Source of the DNA: an uncultured delta proteobacterium
Lineage (GTDB): Bacteria; Desulfobacterota; Zymogenia; Zymogenales; Zymogenaceae
Reading direction: 5' to 3'
DNA length: 64,000 bases
Assembly: GCA_963792965.1 (NCBI GenBank)
Contig: CAWBYW010000004.1
Location: 64,001-128,000 of the forward strand
The position numbers were made by a program, and so were the translations under genes. The notes under the pieces were generated by a model. It ran no database searches and was not told the origin of the DNA. It saw only the letters and a list, made by a program, of their open reading frames with translations. How positions within the stretch are numbered: the stretch's first letter is position 1; each line of letters starts with the position of its first letter. Below are positions 1 through 9,134 of the stretch, one piece after another.

Positions 1-126
1 TATCTGAAAAACGCCAAAGAGGGGCTTGCCGGCGGGGAAAAGGCCAGTGACGTGGATATCGCATTTCTTGCCGCGGACACGAGGACGACCCCGGATTACG
101 TGCGGGAGGTCCTCGGGACCCGATAG
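1..126 (+). CDS. ortB: 3' end of 2-amino-4-ketopentanoate thiolase beta subunit (partial)
   Basis: Frame 1 reads YLKNAKEG...DIAFLAADTRTTPDYVREVLGTR*, similar to OrtB C-termini; it lies directly upstream of oraS as in the clostridial ornithine operon. Confidence 0.6.
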   Translation, partial: YLKNAKEGLAGGEKASDVDIAFLAADTRTTPDYVREVLGTR

Positions 127-228
127 GTGGACGGCGCGGACTGACGCGGAGAACCTGTCAGTGGGCCGCGGGACACGAAGGGACTGATAACGTCCTTTTC
201 TGACTAATAAATTAGCAGGATTTGCGCC

Positions 229-570
229 ATGGAGAGACCCGATACGTATCAGGAAAGGCGGCGGCACCTGAAGAAGCTCTCCGACGACGAGCTGAAGAGC
301 TATTTCTGGGAGCTGGTCAACAAGATCATCGAGCCCATCAAGAACGAGGCCGAGACCCATACCTCGCCCTCCATCGAGCGCTCGGTGCTGTTGCGGATGG
401 GCTTTTCGAGCATCGAGTCCAAGGCGCTCGTCGCGATGATGACCGAGCGCGGGTTATTGGGTCACGGGGCGGGAAACCTCATCCTGAGGGTCGCGCGTAA
501 ACATAACCTCGACGTCAGGAGCGCGGGGCTTGCCCTGATCAACTCAACCCATTGGGACGACGTGAAATGA
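229..570 (+). CDS. oraS: D-ornithine 4,5-aminomutase S (alpha) subunit
   Basis: 113 aa; MERPDTYQERRRHL...HTSPSIERSVLLRMGFSS...GLLGHGAG motifs; overlaps oraE start (ATGA). Confidence 0.93.
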   Translation: MERPDTYQERRRHLKKLSDDELKSYFWELVNKIIEPIKNEAETHTSPSIERSVLLRMGFSSIESKALVAMMTERGLLGHGAGNLILRVARKHNLDVRSAGLALINSTHWDDVK

Positions 571-2756
571 AGCCGCTTGACCCGAACAAGAAGCTCGATC
601 TGGACGAAATCCTCAAGGACCTCGAACACTACCGGCCGAGGCGCACGGGATGGACGTGGAGGGAACCGGTCAAAGATCAGAAGATCGGCCCCTTCACCTA
701 TAAAGACACCACGAGGCCGCTTGCGCACTCCGTCCCGCTTCCCTCCGCGCACTATTTCGGCAACATCGACCCCCAGTGTGATTTTGTCATCACCACCGAG
801 ATCGCCTCGGGCCGCTTCGAGGACGATATCCGGCGGATGCGGATGGCCGCCTGGCACGGCGCCGATCATATCATGGTGATCCGCACCACCGGCCAGTCGC
901 ACTTCGACGGGCTCATCGAGGGAACTCCGGAGGGGGTGGGCGGCGTGCCCATCACCCGAAAGCAGGTTCGGGCAAGCAGGAAGGCGCTGGACGCCGTCGA
1001 GGACGAGGTGGGACGGCCCATCAACTTTCACTCGTACGTGAGCGGCGTGGCGGGTCCCGAGATCGCGGTCCTCTTCGCCGAGGAGGGGGTCAATGGGGCG
1101 CACCAAGACCCGCAGTATAACGTGCTCTACCGCAACATCAACATGCACCGCTCGTTTGTGGACGCCGCCTGCGCGAAGAAGATCATGGCCGACGCCCGCA
1201 TCCTGCAGATCGACGGCGCCCACAACGCCAACGCCACTGCGCGTGAGGCGTGGAAGGTCATGCCGGAGCTGTTGGTCCAGCACGGGATAAACTGCGCCTT
1301 TTCAGAAGCGGTCGGGATGAAAAGGGAGCTGATCGCGCTTTCCACGGTGCCCCCCACCGCGCCGCCTGCGCCCAAGCTTGCCATCGACCTCCCATATGCC
1401 GTGGCGCTCAGGGATTTCTTCGAGGGCTTCAAGATGCGCGCCCAGCAGAACACGCGATATATGGAGGCCGACATGGCCGAGGCGACCATCACCCACGTGC
1501 TGGATACCCTCATCTCCCGCCTCACCTCGGCCGACATCCAGAGCACCATCACGCCCGACGAGGGACGCAACGTCCCCTGGCACTACAATAACATCCTCGG
1601 CGTTAACACCGCCCGCCAGACACTCATGGGGGTCGACGGACTTTCGGACCTGGTCGAGCTCAAGAAGGACGGCGTCCTTTCGGAGAAGGTCCGAGAGATC
1701 AAGGAGCGCGCGATACTGTTTCTCGAGGAGATCATCGAGATGGGCGGCTATTTTGCCGCGGTCCAGCAGGGCTCCTTCGTGGACTCCGGGCAGTTCCCCG
1801 AGCGGCGGGGCGACGGCATCTCCCGCGACCCCGCAGGTGGTGTGGCGGCGGGCACGATCGTCCGGCGCGAGGCCGACTATATGGCCCCGGTCTGCAGCCA
1901 CTTCGGGTACAATAAGCTTCCCCCCGGTAACACAAAGCCGTGCGACCCGATCGACGGCTGTACCCTCTGCCGGCCGGAGAAGATCGTCTACATCGACGAG
2001 CTGGACCGGGAGGATAACGTCGCGCGCCGCCTGACGGCGCCGAGGAGAGAAGCGGAGGAGGGCCTCATCCGTCCGGAGGTGGAGTGGGCCGGCGACGGCA
2101 TCGTCGTCGTGACGATATTTGTCCCGGAATCGCTCGAGGTGGCGGAGGCGGCGGCACTGGCAATGGCGGGAAAGATGGGAATCAGTGGGCCCGAGGTCAT
2201 CTCGCGGCGAATGATCCACCCGGCGGAGGGGAGCCTCTTTGAGGTCAAGGGAAGGCTGCAATACGCCGTAAGACGGGACGAGCTGGTCATCCCCAAGCGG
2301 GAGGAGCTTTTGTCCGAGGAGGAGATCACGGCGTTTGTCCGCGCGGGAAAGGTCTCGCTGGTGGCGGCCACGGTCGGCGAGGACGAGCACTCGGTGGGGA
2401 TGCGCGAGATCATCGACATCAAGCACGGCGGTGTCGAGAAATACGGTTTTATCTGCCACTACCTCGGCACCTCCGTCCCGATCGGCAAGGTGCTGGACGC
2501 GGCCCAGGAGACGGGATCGGCGATCGTCTTGATCTCCACGATCATCTCGCACAACGACATCCACCGCGCCAACATGAAGCGGCTCAGCGACCTGGCCGTG
2601 GAGCGGGGGATCAGGGACAAGCTGATCCTGATCGCCGGAGGCACCCAGGTCACCAACGACACGGCCCTTTCGTGTGGGCTTGACGCCGGATTCGGCAGGG
2701 GGACGAAGGGGCATCACGTCGCGAGCTTTATCGTGAAGAAGCTGCGAAAGAAATAG
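567..2756 (+). CDS. oraE: D-ornithine 4,5-aminomutase E (beta) subunit, B12/PLP-dependent
   Basis: EIASGRFEDDIRRMRMAAWHGADH, YVSGVAGPE, and C-terminal cobalamin-binding domain GEDEHSVG...IDIKHGG. Confidence 0.96.
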   Translation: MKPLDPNKKLDLDEILKDLEHYRPRRTGWTWREPVKDQKIGPFTYKDTTRPLAHSVPLPSAHYFGNIDPQCDFVITTEIASGRFEDDIRRMRMAAWHGADHIMVIRTTGQSHFDGLIEGTPEGVGGVPITRKQVRASRKALDAVEDEVGRPINFHSYVSGVAGPEIAVLFAEEGVNGAHQDPQYNVLYRNINMHRSFVDAACAKKIMADARILQIDGAHNANATAREAWKVMPELLVQHGINCAFSEAVGMKRELIALSTVPPTAPPAPKLAIDLPYAVALRDFFEGFKMRAQQNTRYMEADMAEATITHVLDTLISRLTSADIQSTITPDEGRNVPWHYNNILGVNTARQTLMGVDGLSDLVELKKDGVLSEKVREIKERAILFLEEIIEMGGYFAAVQQGSFVDSGQFPERRGDGISRDPAGGVAAGTIVRREADYMAPVCSHFGYNKLPPGNTKPCDPIDGCTLCRPEKIVYIDELDREDNVARRLTAPRREAEEGLIRPEVEWAGDGIVVVTIFVPESLEVAEAAALAMAGKMGISGPEVISRRMIHPAEGSLFEVKGRLQYAVRRDELVIPKREELLSEEEITAFVRAGKVSLVAATVGEDEHSVGMREIIDIKHGGVEKYGFICHYLGTSVPIGKVLDAAQETGSAIVLISTIISHNDIHRANMKRLSDLAVERGIRDKLILIAGGTQVTNDTALSCGLDAGFGRGTKGHHVASFIVKKLRKK

Positions 2757-2815
2757 GCGGGGAGGACTCCCTTCACCTTTTCAGGGGGGCAATGGACGGC
2801 ACGTTGAGGGATACC

Positions 2816-3535
2816 ATGTCTGATCTCATCGCCGTTACGCTGGATACCGATTGGGCCCATGACGAAGTCATCGCGTATACGATGGATATACTCAACGAGC
2901 ACGGTGTCCGCGCGACCTATTTTGCCACGAACGAATCACCGGTGCTGAAAAAGGTCGACGGGAGCCGGTTCGAGATCGGGATACACCCTGATTTCAATGG
3001 CACACTGGACCACGAGTCGAAAATAAAGGAGCTGCTCTCAATCTACCCCGACGCCAAGGGGGTGAGATCCCATACGCTTTTCCATTCGTGGAGCATCATG
3101 GATCTCTTCAAGAAGTATGGCTTTGTGTACGACTCAAATATCATCATGCCCTATTTTCCCGGGTTGAGGCCCATCGTCTGGTTCAATAACGTCGTGAGGA
3201 TTCCGTACTTCTGGGAGGACGAGGTCCATCTACTCTTCGGGAAGCAGTGCGAGCCGCGCACGCTGATGATGGGTGAGGCCGGCCTCAAGATATACAATTT
3301 TCATCCGATACATATATTCCTCAACACCGAAGACCTCGGGAGAATTGAAGCGGCACGGGGTTCATTTCAACGCCCGGACAAGCTTGAAAAACATAGAAAC
3401 ACGCGGACGAGGGGCTGTAAAGATATTTTCCTCGACGTTTTGGGCCGCGTGAGGGCCGATCAGGGCAAGACATATCGGATGATCGATATCGCCTCCGATT
3501 TTCGCGCTTCGGCGGCCGAATCCCCCTCGGATTGA
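2816..3535 (+). CDS. WbmS-like polysaccharide deacetylase family protein
   Basis: TLDTDWA, EIGIHPDF, GVRSH, YDSN, PYFWED and NFHPIHIFLN motifs. Confidence 0.75.
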   Translation: MSDLIAVTLDTDWAHDEVIAYTMDILNEHGVRATYFATNESPVLKKVDGSRFEIGIHPDFNGTLDHESKIKELLSIYPDAKGVRSHTLFHSWSIMDLFKKYGFVYDSNIIMPYFPGLRPIVWFNNVVRIPYFWEDEVHLLFGKQCEPRTLMMGEAGLKIYNFHPIHIFLNTEDLGRIEAARGSFQRPDKLEKHRNTRTRGCKDIFLDVLGRVRADQGKTYRMIDIASDFRASAAESPSD

Positions 3536-3589
3536 CAGCCGCGGCAATGCTGACAGAGACGATGCCGCACTAAGGAAAGAGCTCGTCAG

Positions 3590-4946
3590 GTGAAAAGCCC
3601 CGATATCCTTGTCGCCGAGATCGGCAGCACCATAACGAAGCTCTCGGCCTTCGGGGGCATCGACGGCATAAAACCGTCGTTCCTCGGCCAGGGGGTCGCG
3701 CTGACGACCGTCGCCGAGGGGGACGTTACCGTCGGGCTCGTGCGCGCCGGCGATGATTTGAGATCGCGGTGTGGGGTCGACACGGGGAGAGTGGACGCCG
3801 AAGGGGCGGGACGAGAGGTCCTGCTATTGGCCGTCTCCTCGGCGGCGGGGGGACTGCGCATGACCGTGCACGGCCTTACCCGGGATATGACCCTGAGAGC
3901 GGCGCGGGAGGCGTCCCTCGGTGCGGGGGCGGTCGTCGTTTTTTCGACGGCGGGAGAAATTACCGCGGGCGACATCAATGAGGTCAGGCGTCTCTCCCCG
4001 AACCTGATGCTCCTTTCGGGGGGCGTAGACTATGGTGAGCGAGAGATCGTCGTGAAGAACGCCCGGGCGCTGGCCGGCGTCGGCGCTGGCGTCCCGGTCA
4101 TATACGCGGGCAATGTCGGCGCCAGGGGTGAGAGTCTCGGCGATACTGAGGGATGCGGGGGTCGAGCTCTTCGTCACCGAGAACGTCTATCCCGATATCG
4201 ACGAGCTCAACGTCGTGCCGGTACGCCGGATTATCCAGGAGGTCTTCGCCAAGCACATCATCACCGCGCCGGGTATGGACAAGGTAAAGGAAATGGCCGG
4301 CGGCTCCGTGATGCCGACGCCGGGGGCGGTATTGAAGGCCGCGGAGCTCCTCTTTGATGAGATCGGGGACGTTGCTGTGGTGGACGTGGGGGGGGCGACT
4401 ACCGACGTCCACTCGGTTACGGAGGGATCGGAGCAGCTCAGGGCAATGGCCGTCTCTCCCGAGCCCCTCTCCAAGAGGACGGTCGAGGGCGACCTGGGCG
4501 TATTCATCAACGCGCGGCAGATCGTCGAGGAATCGGGGGGAGGCATCGGAGCACTCGACGGCGTCGTGGCGCTGCCCAGAACCGACGCCGAAAGGGAAAA
4601 AACCGCGATCCTCACCAGGTGGGCGGTCGATCTCTCGCTCTGGCGGCACGCCGGCTCCATCAAGGTCTCTTACGGCACCTACGGGAGGAGCGAGATCGTG
4701 GAGGGGAGGGACCTGACGATGGTGAAGTATCTCATTGGAACGGGCGGGGCCCTCACGAGGATTGCCGGCGGAGCCGCGATCCTTCAGGGGATCCGCCGCG
4801 ATCCCCACAAGAGAAAGCTCCTTCCGCCGGCCGAGGCGCGCGTGCTCATCGACTCGGACTACATCATGGCCGCGGCGGGAATCCTCGGGGAGCACCGGAG
4901 ACAGGCCGCAACGGCCCTGCTGCTCAATAGCTTAGGGTTAGGATAA
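3590..4946 (+). CDS. GlmL/MutL-type ornithine aminomutase reactivase (one frameshift near 4125)
   Basis: LVAEIGSTITK, SSAAGGLRM and SGGVDYGE in ORF 3590; MPTPGAV, DVGGATTDVHSV, KRTVEGDLG and IGTGG in ORF 4113. Confidence 0.88.
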
Positions 4947-4949
4947 ACG

Positions 4950-6965
4950 ATGTCGGGACCGTACGTTACTATAGATCTGGCGAAAATCGAAGAGAACGCC
5001 CGTGTCATCACGGGGCTGTGTATGCGGCACGGCATCGAGGTCACGGGGGTCACGAAGGTGACGTGCGGGATACCCCACGTCGCCCGGGCGATGCTGGCGG
5101 GCGGGGTCACGGGGATCGGGGAGTCCCGCATGGAAAACATCCGCCGCCTCAAGGTCAACGGGATCAACGCCCCGATCATGCTGCTCAGGATACCGCCGCT
5201 TTCGGCCGTGGATGAGATCGTGACCGCGGTGGATGTCAGCCTCAACTCCGAGCTTTCGGTCATCAGGGCGCTTTCCGAGGCGGCGGCGCGGCGGGGGCTC
5301 GTGCACGATATCATCCTCATGGTGGACCTCGGCGACTTGAGAGAGGGGATCTGGCCCGACGACCTGATCGGGCTCGTCGAAAAGGCCGTGAAGCTTTCCG
5401 GGGTACGGATCGTGGGGCTGGGGGCCAACCTCTCCTGTTACGGTGGGATTATCCCGAGTTGCGGCAACATGGAGGCGCTGGTGCACTACGCTGAGGAGTT
5501 AGAGCGCCGCTTCGGGCTCTCGTTGAAGTACATCTCCGCCGGCAATTCGAGCTCGCTACTGCTCGTCGAGGCCGGCGGGATGCCCGAACGGGTGAACCAC
5601 CTTCGGATCGGCGAGGGAATCCTCCTCGGGAGAGAGACGGTCGAGCGGCGCCCGTGGCCCGGTACGTCCCAGGACGCCTTTGTGCTGCGCGCGGAGGTCA
5701 TCGAGCTCAAGGAAAAGCCGTCGGTTCCCATCGGGGAGCGGGGGCAGGACGCCTTCGGGGGCGTGCCGGATTTCGGCGAGGGGCACGGGGCGGAGCGGCT
5801 GGAGGGCGCACGGCGAGAGATGGTACGGGCGATCCTCAACGTCGGGCGTGAGGACGTCATCGTGGAGGGAATGACCCCCCTGGACACGCGCCTTACTATT
5901 CTCGGCGCATCGAGCGACCACCTCATCGTCGATGTAACGAAGGCGGTGGGCGATGTGACCCTCGGCGGTGAGCTCGGCTTTCTCATGAACTACGGCGCGC
6001 TCCTTGCCGCCATGACCTCGTCGTATGTGGAAAAGAGGCCCATTCTCAAGGATGAGGACAAGATGAATAGCCGCCCTATCGCGATCATCGGCGTGCCGAG
6101 CTGGATCGGCGCGCTCGAGCCGGGTACGGATGCCGCGCCCCGTGCGCTCCGGGACGCGGGGTTGGTCACCAAACTTGCCGCCCTCGGGCTCTCAGTCGAG
6201 GACAGGATGAATGTATCGGTAAGCGACACGATCCGCGGGGACGACTTCGGGGAAAATGCCGCCGAGGTCGCCCGTATCGCCCTTGGGACGGCGGACGTCG
6301 TCCAACAGGCGATAAAAGACGACTGCATCCCGCTTGTCCTCGGAGGAGATCACAGCACAAGCCTCGGTGTCCTGGTGGGGCTTTTCCGGAGCCTGTCTCC
6401 GTTCGGCCTGATCTGGTTTGACGCCCACGGCGATTTTGTCGTTCCCGATGAGAAGGATGAGAAGAGGATCAGCCGCATGGTGTTGGCCTTGTCCCTCGGC
6501 CACGGCGACGCGAGGCTCAACAGGCTGGGCGGGAGTTCGCCCTTGGTCTCTCCGGAAAACGTCGTCATCGTGGGACTGAGGGACGTGGGGCAAGATGAGG
6601 CAAAGCGCCTGTCCGAATCCGGCGTTACGATCTTCACGATGGAGGACATTGACGCCCTCGGCATGAAGGAAGTTGTCTATCGTGGGCTACGCGCGGCGGG
6701 GACGGGAACAAAGGGGATACACGTGAGCCTCGATATCGACGTCGTGGATACCCAGGCGGCGCCGGGTGTACGGTTGCCGGTAGCGGGGGGGATCACCTAC
6801 CGGGAGACGCATCTGGCCATGGAGCTCCTCTCGCAGTCCGGTTTGATCCGTTCGATGGATCTGGTCGGGGTGGATATGGAGGCCGATCCGGAGGGGAGGA
6901 CCGCCCAAGTCGCCCTTGAGTTTATCCTCTCGGCGTTCGGGAAGAAGATCCTTGGAAGGCTATGA
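4950..6965 (+). CDS. orr: Ornithine racemase fused to a C-terminal arginase-fold domain
   Basis: N-terminal GVTKV (PLP Lys), MVDLGDLREG, GANLSCYGG, NHLRIGE, GASSDHL; from ~6063 ureohydrolase motifs GGDHS, DAHGD, SLDID. Confidence 0.9.
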   Translation: MSGPYVTIDLAKIEENARVITGLCMRHGIEVTGVTKVTCGIPHVARAMLAGGVTGIGESRMENIRRLKVNGINAPIMLLRIPPLSAVDEIVTAVDVSLNSELSVIRALSEAAARRGLVHDIILMVDLGDLREGIWPDDLIGLVEKAVKLSGVRIVGLGANLSCYGGIIPSCGNMEALVHYAEELERRFGLSLKYISAGNSSSLLLVEAGGMPERVNHLRIGEGILLGRETVERRPWPGTSQDAFVLRAEVIELKEKPSVPIGERGQDAFGGVPDFGEGHGAERLEGARREMVRAILNVGREDVIVEGMTPLDTRLTILGASSDHLIVDVTKAVGDVTLGGELGFLMNYGALLAAMTSSYVEKRPILKDEDKMNSRPIAIIGVPSWIGALEPGTDAAPRALRDAGLVTKLAALGLSVEDRMNVSVSDTIRGDDFGENAAEVARIALGTADVVQQAIKDDCIPLVLGGDHSTSLGVLVGLFRSLSPFGLIWFDAHGDFVVPDEKDEKRISRMVLALSLGHGDARLNRLGGSSPLVSPENVVIVGLRDVGQDEAKRLSESGVTIFTMEDIDALGMKEVVYRGLRAAGTGTKGIHVSLDIDVVDTQAAPGVRLPVAGGITYRETHLAMELLSQSGLIRSMDLVGVDMEADPEGRTAQVALEFILSAFGKKILGRL

Positions 6966-7807
6966 GACAACCGATTGACGAGACCATCGTATCTCTCGAG
7001 GATCTGGGGTTGACTCAGTACGAGGCGAAGGTGTATCTTGCGTTGTTGGCCGACCACCCCGCCACCGCCTACACGATTTCGCGCCGCTCGGGGGTACCGC
7101 ACTCGCGGGTTTATGAGGTCGCCCGGAGGCTGATGGCCAAGGGGTTTGTGGTTCGCTCGGAGACGAACCCGGATCGCTTCTCGCCGCTCTCCCCGCGCGA
7201 GCTGGTCGAGCGGCTGGCCGGGGAGCACGAGCGGGTGATAGCGGAACTGAAACAGCGGCTGGAAACGATCCCCTTCCGTTCGGATTTCGACCCGGTATGG
7301 AACATAAACGAACGGACCGACGCCATAAAGAAGGCCGTAGAAATCATCGGGGGCGCGCGGCACAAGATCTATATCGGCGTATGGGACGAGGAGCTGGGCG
7401 AGCTTATCGAAGACCTGAGGACAGCGCACGGACGCGGGGTACAGATCGTCTTCCTCATATACGGACGGACGACGGTGGATTTCGGCCGGGCTTTCTACCA
7501 CAACACCGGCCATATCGAGGACGTGGTGTACCTCGGCAGGAGCATCGATATCGTCGCGGATTCCGAGGCGGCGGTCAGCGGGAGGCTCGGGGCGGAGGTG
7601 AAAAACGGCGCGGGCAAGAACGGCGACCGGACCGAATACCTCCCCTGTCAAGTCATCTGGACGAAGAACCGCGGGCTCATCAACGTCATAGAGGGCTACA
7701 TTATTCACGATTTTTATCTCGCCGAGATATTCGGCGTCTTTCAAAAGGAGATCGAAGAGGTATTCGGGGCCAACATGACGGCGTTGCGGAAAAAATATCG
7801 GGGATAA
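6962..7807 (+). CDS. TrmB-family transcriptional regulator
   Basis: LGLTQYEAKVYLALL...ISRRSGVPHSRVYEV wHTH plus effector domain; overlaps the upstream stop. Confidence 0.9.
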   Translation: MRQPIDETIVSLEDLGLTQYEAKVYLALLADHPATAYTISRRSGVPHSRVYEVARRLMAKGFVVRSETNPDRFSPLSPRELVERLAGEHERVIAELKQRLETIPFRSDFDPVWNINERTDAIKKAVEIIGGARHKIYIGVWDEELGELIEDLRTAHGRGVQIVFLIYGRTTVDFGRAFYHNTGHIEDVVYLGRSIDIVADSEAAVSGRLGAEVKNGAGKNGDRTEYLPCQVIWTKNRGLINVIEGYIIHDFYLAEIFGVFQKEIEEVFGANMTALRKKYRG

Positions 7808-7824
7808 TAAAAGAGGAGTCGAGA

Positions 7825-8988
7825 ATGGAAAAAACGAAAGATCACCTGACCTTTATGGAGGCAGCGTCCACCGTTGCGGGATACGGGATCGGCGCGGGGA
7901 TCATGGCCGTGCCGTACCTTGCCGTTCGGTCGGGCGTGTTGCCGCTGGTCGGCATTATGGTGGTGGCCTATCTGATCAGCATCCTGTTTCACCTGATGAT
8001 CGTCGACATGGTGATGCGCGACGGGGGCAAGACGCAGCTCATGGAGGTGTTGGCAAAATACCTCTTTACGGGATGGGGCGGAAAACTATTCACCTGGTTA
8101 TTCTTTATCCTGATCGTCTTTGCCTTTTTCGGAACCCTCATTACCTACATCGTGGGAGGAGGGGAGGCGCTCAACGGCACGTTTGACGTGCCGCTCGTGC
8201 TGGGCTTCTTTATTACCTATCTTTTGGCCGCGGTGGTCGTCTTCTTCGGCCTGAAAGCGGTCGGCGTCGTGGAAAAATTTTCAGTCATCGGTATCGCCGT
8301 CGTCGTTTCCGCCCTTCTGATCCTTTCCCTGTTCAGACCCTTCCACCTGACGATGCTCGTCAAAGGTGCGGGGGTCAAGGAGGCGCTGGCGCTGTACGGG
8401 ATGATCATGTTTTCCTTTTATTCGATGTTTTCCGTGCCACAGGCCGTCAAGGGACTCGCGTGGAAGCCGAGGCTTGCCCCCTGGGCCGTGGTGACCGGTA
8501 TCGGGATCACCTTCTTCACGGTGCTCCTCATCACGCTCGCCGCGATGGGGGTCTCCAAGGAAGTAACGAAGATCGCCATCCAGGGCTGGTCGGACGCCAT
8601 CGGACCATTGGCGGCATACTTCGGGACGATATTCGTGCTGTTGGCGTTCCTCACGAGCTTCTGGTCCATCTCCCTGGCGCTGGCCGACGTCCTCCACGAG
8701 CGTTTGCGGTGGAACGATAAGCTCTGCTGGCTCTTGGCGACGCTCCCGTGCCTGCTGGTATCTTTTTTCAAGCTGCAGAATTTTCTCGAATATCTCAGGC
8801 TCACCGGAGGGGTGATCGGGATACTCCTGGTCGTCATAATGGTCCCGGCGTATATCTCCGTCAAGAAGAAGGGTGAGGTCAAGAAGCCGGCCTGGAGCCT
8901 CGGCTATTTTGGCGGCGGTGTTTTCTTGTGGATCGTCGTCATCGGCTTTCTGCTCATGGCGGTGGGCTCCGCGGTCCCGATCAAATAA
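7825..8988 (+). CDS. Amino acid permease (Trp/Tyr permease-like, APC superfamily)
   Basis: AGYGIGAGIMAVPY motif, about 11 hydrophobic segments, GAGGAG RBS. Confidence 0.8.
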   Translation: MEKTKDHLTFMEAASTVAGYGIGAGIMAVPYLAVRSGVLPLVGIMVVAYLISILFHLMIVDMVMRDGGKTQLMEVLAKYLFTGWGGKLFTWLFFILIVFAFFGTLITYIVGGGEALNGTFDVPLVLGFFITYLLAAVVVFFGLKAVGVVEKFSVIGIAVVVSALLILSLFRPFHLTMLVKGAGVKEALALYGMIMFSFYSMFSVPQAVKGLAWKPRLAPWAVVTGIGITFFTVLLITLAAMGVSKEVTKIAIQGWSDAIGPLAAYFGTIFVLLAFLTSFWSISLALADVLHERLRWNDKLCWLLATLPCLLVSFFKLQNFLEYLRLTGGVIGILLVVIMVPAYISVKKKGEVKKPAWSLGYFGGGVFLWIVVIGFLLMAVGSAVPIK

Positions 8989-9134
8989 GCCCGTCTCCCG
9001 ATGGGAGGCGCGCGCGGTGATAAAAGTCTTGTGGCCGCGCGGCCAAGCGCGGTAGTTTATGAGCATGGTGCAGGGATGAATTTCGCGTGCACAGGCGGTC
9101 CTATTTTCAGAACGAACGACGTGAAAGGAGCGGT

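Noticed and set aside
1302-2717. Long antisense ORFs (also 33681-35216, 35627-37003, 42821-43999)
   Set aside because: These are shadow frames of GC-rich genes on the opposite strand with no motifs
7297-7824. 176-aa N-terminal extension of the permease
   Set aside because: It overlaps the TrmB gene out of frame; the RBS supports a start at 7825
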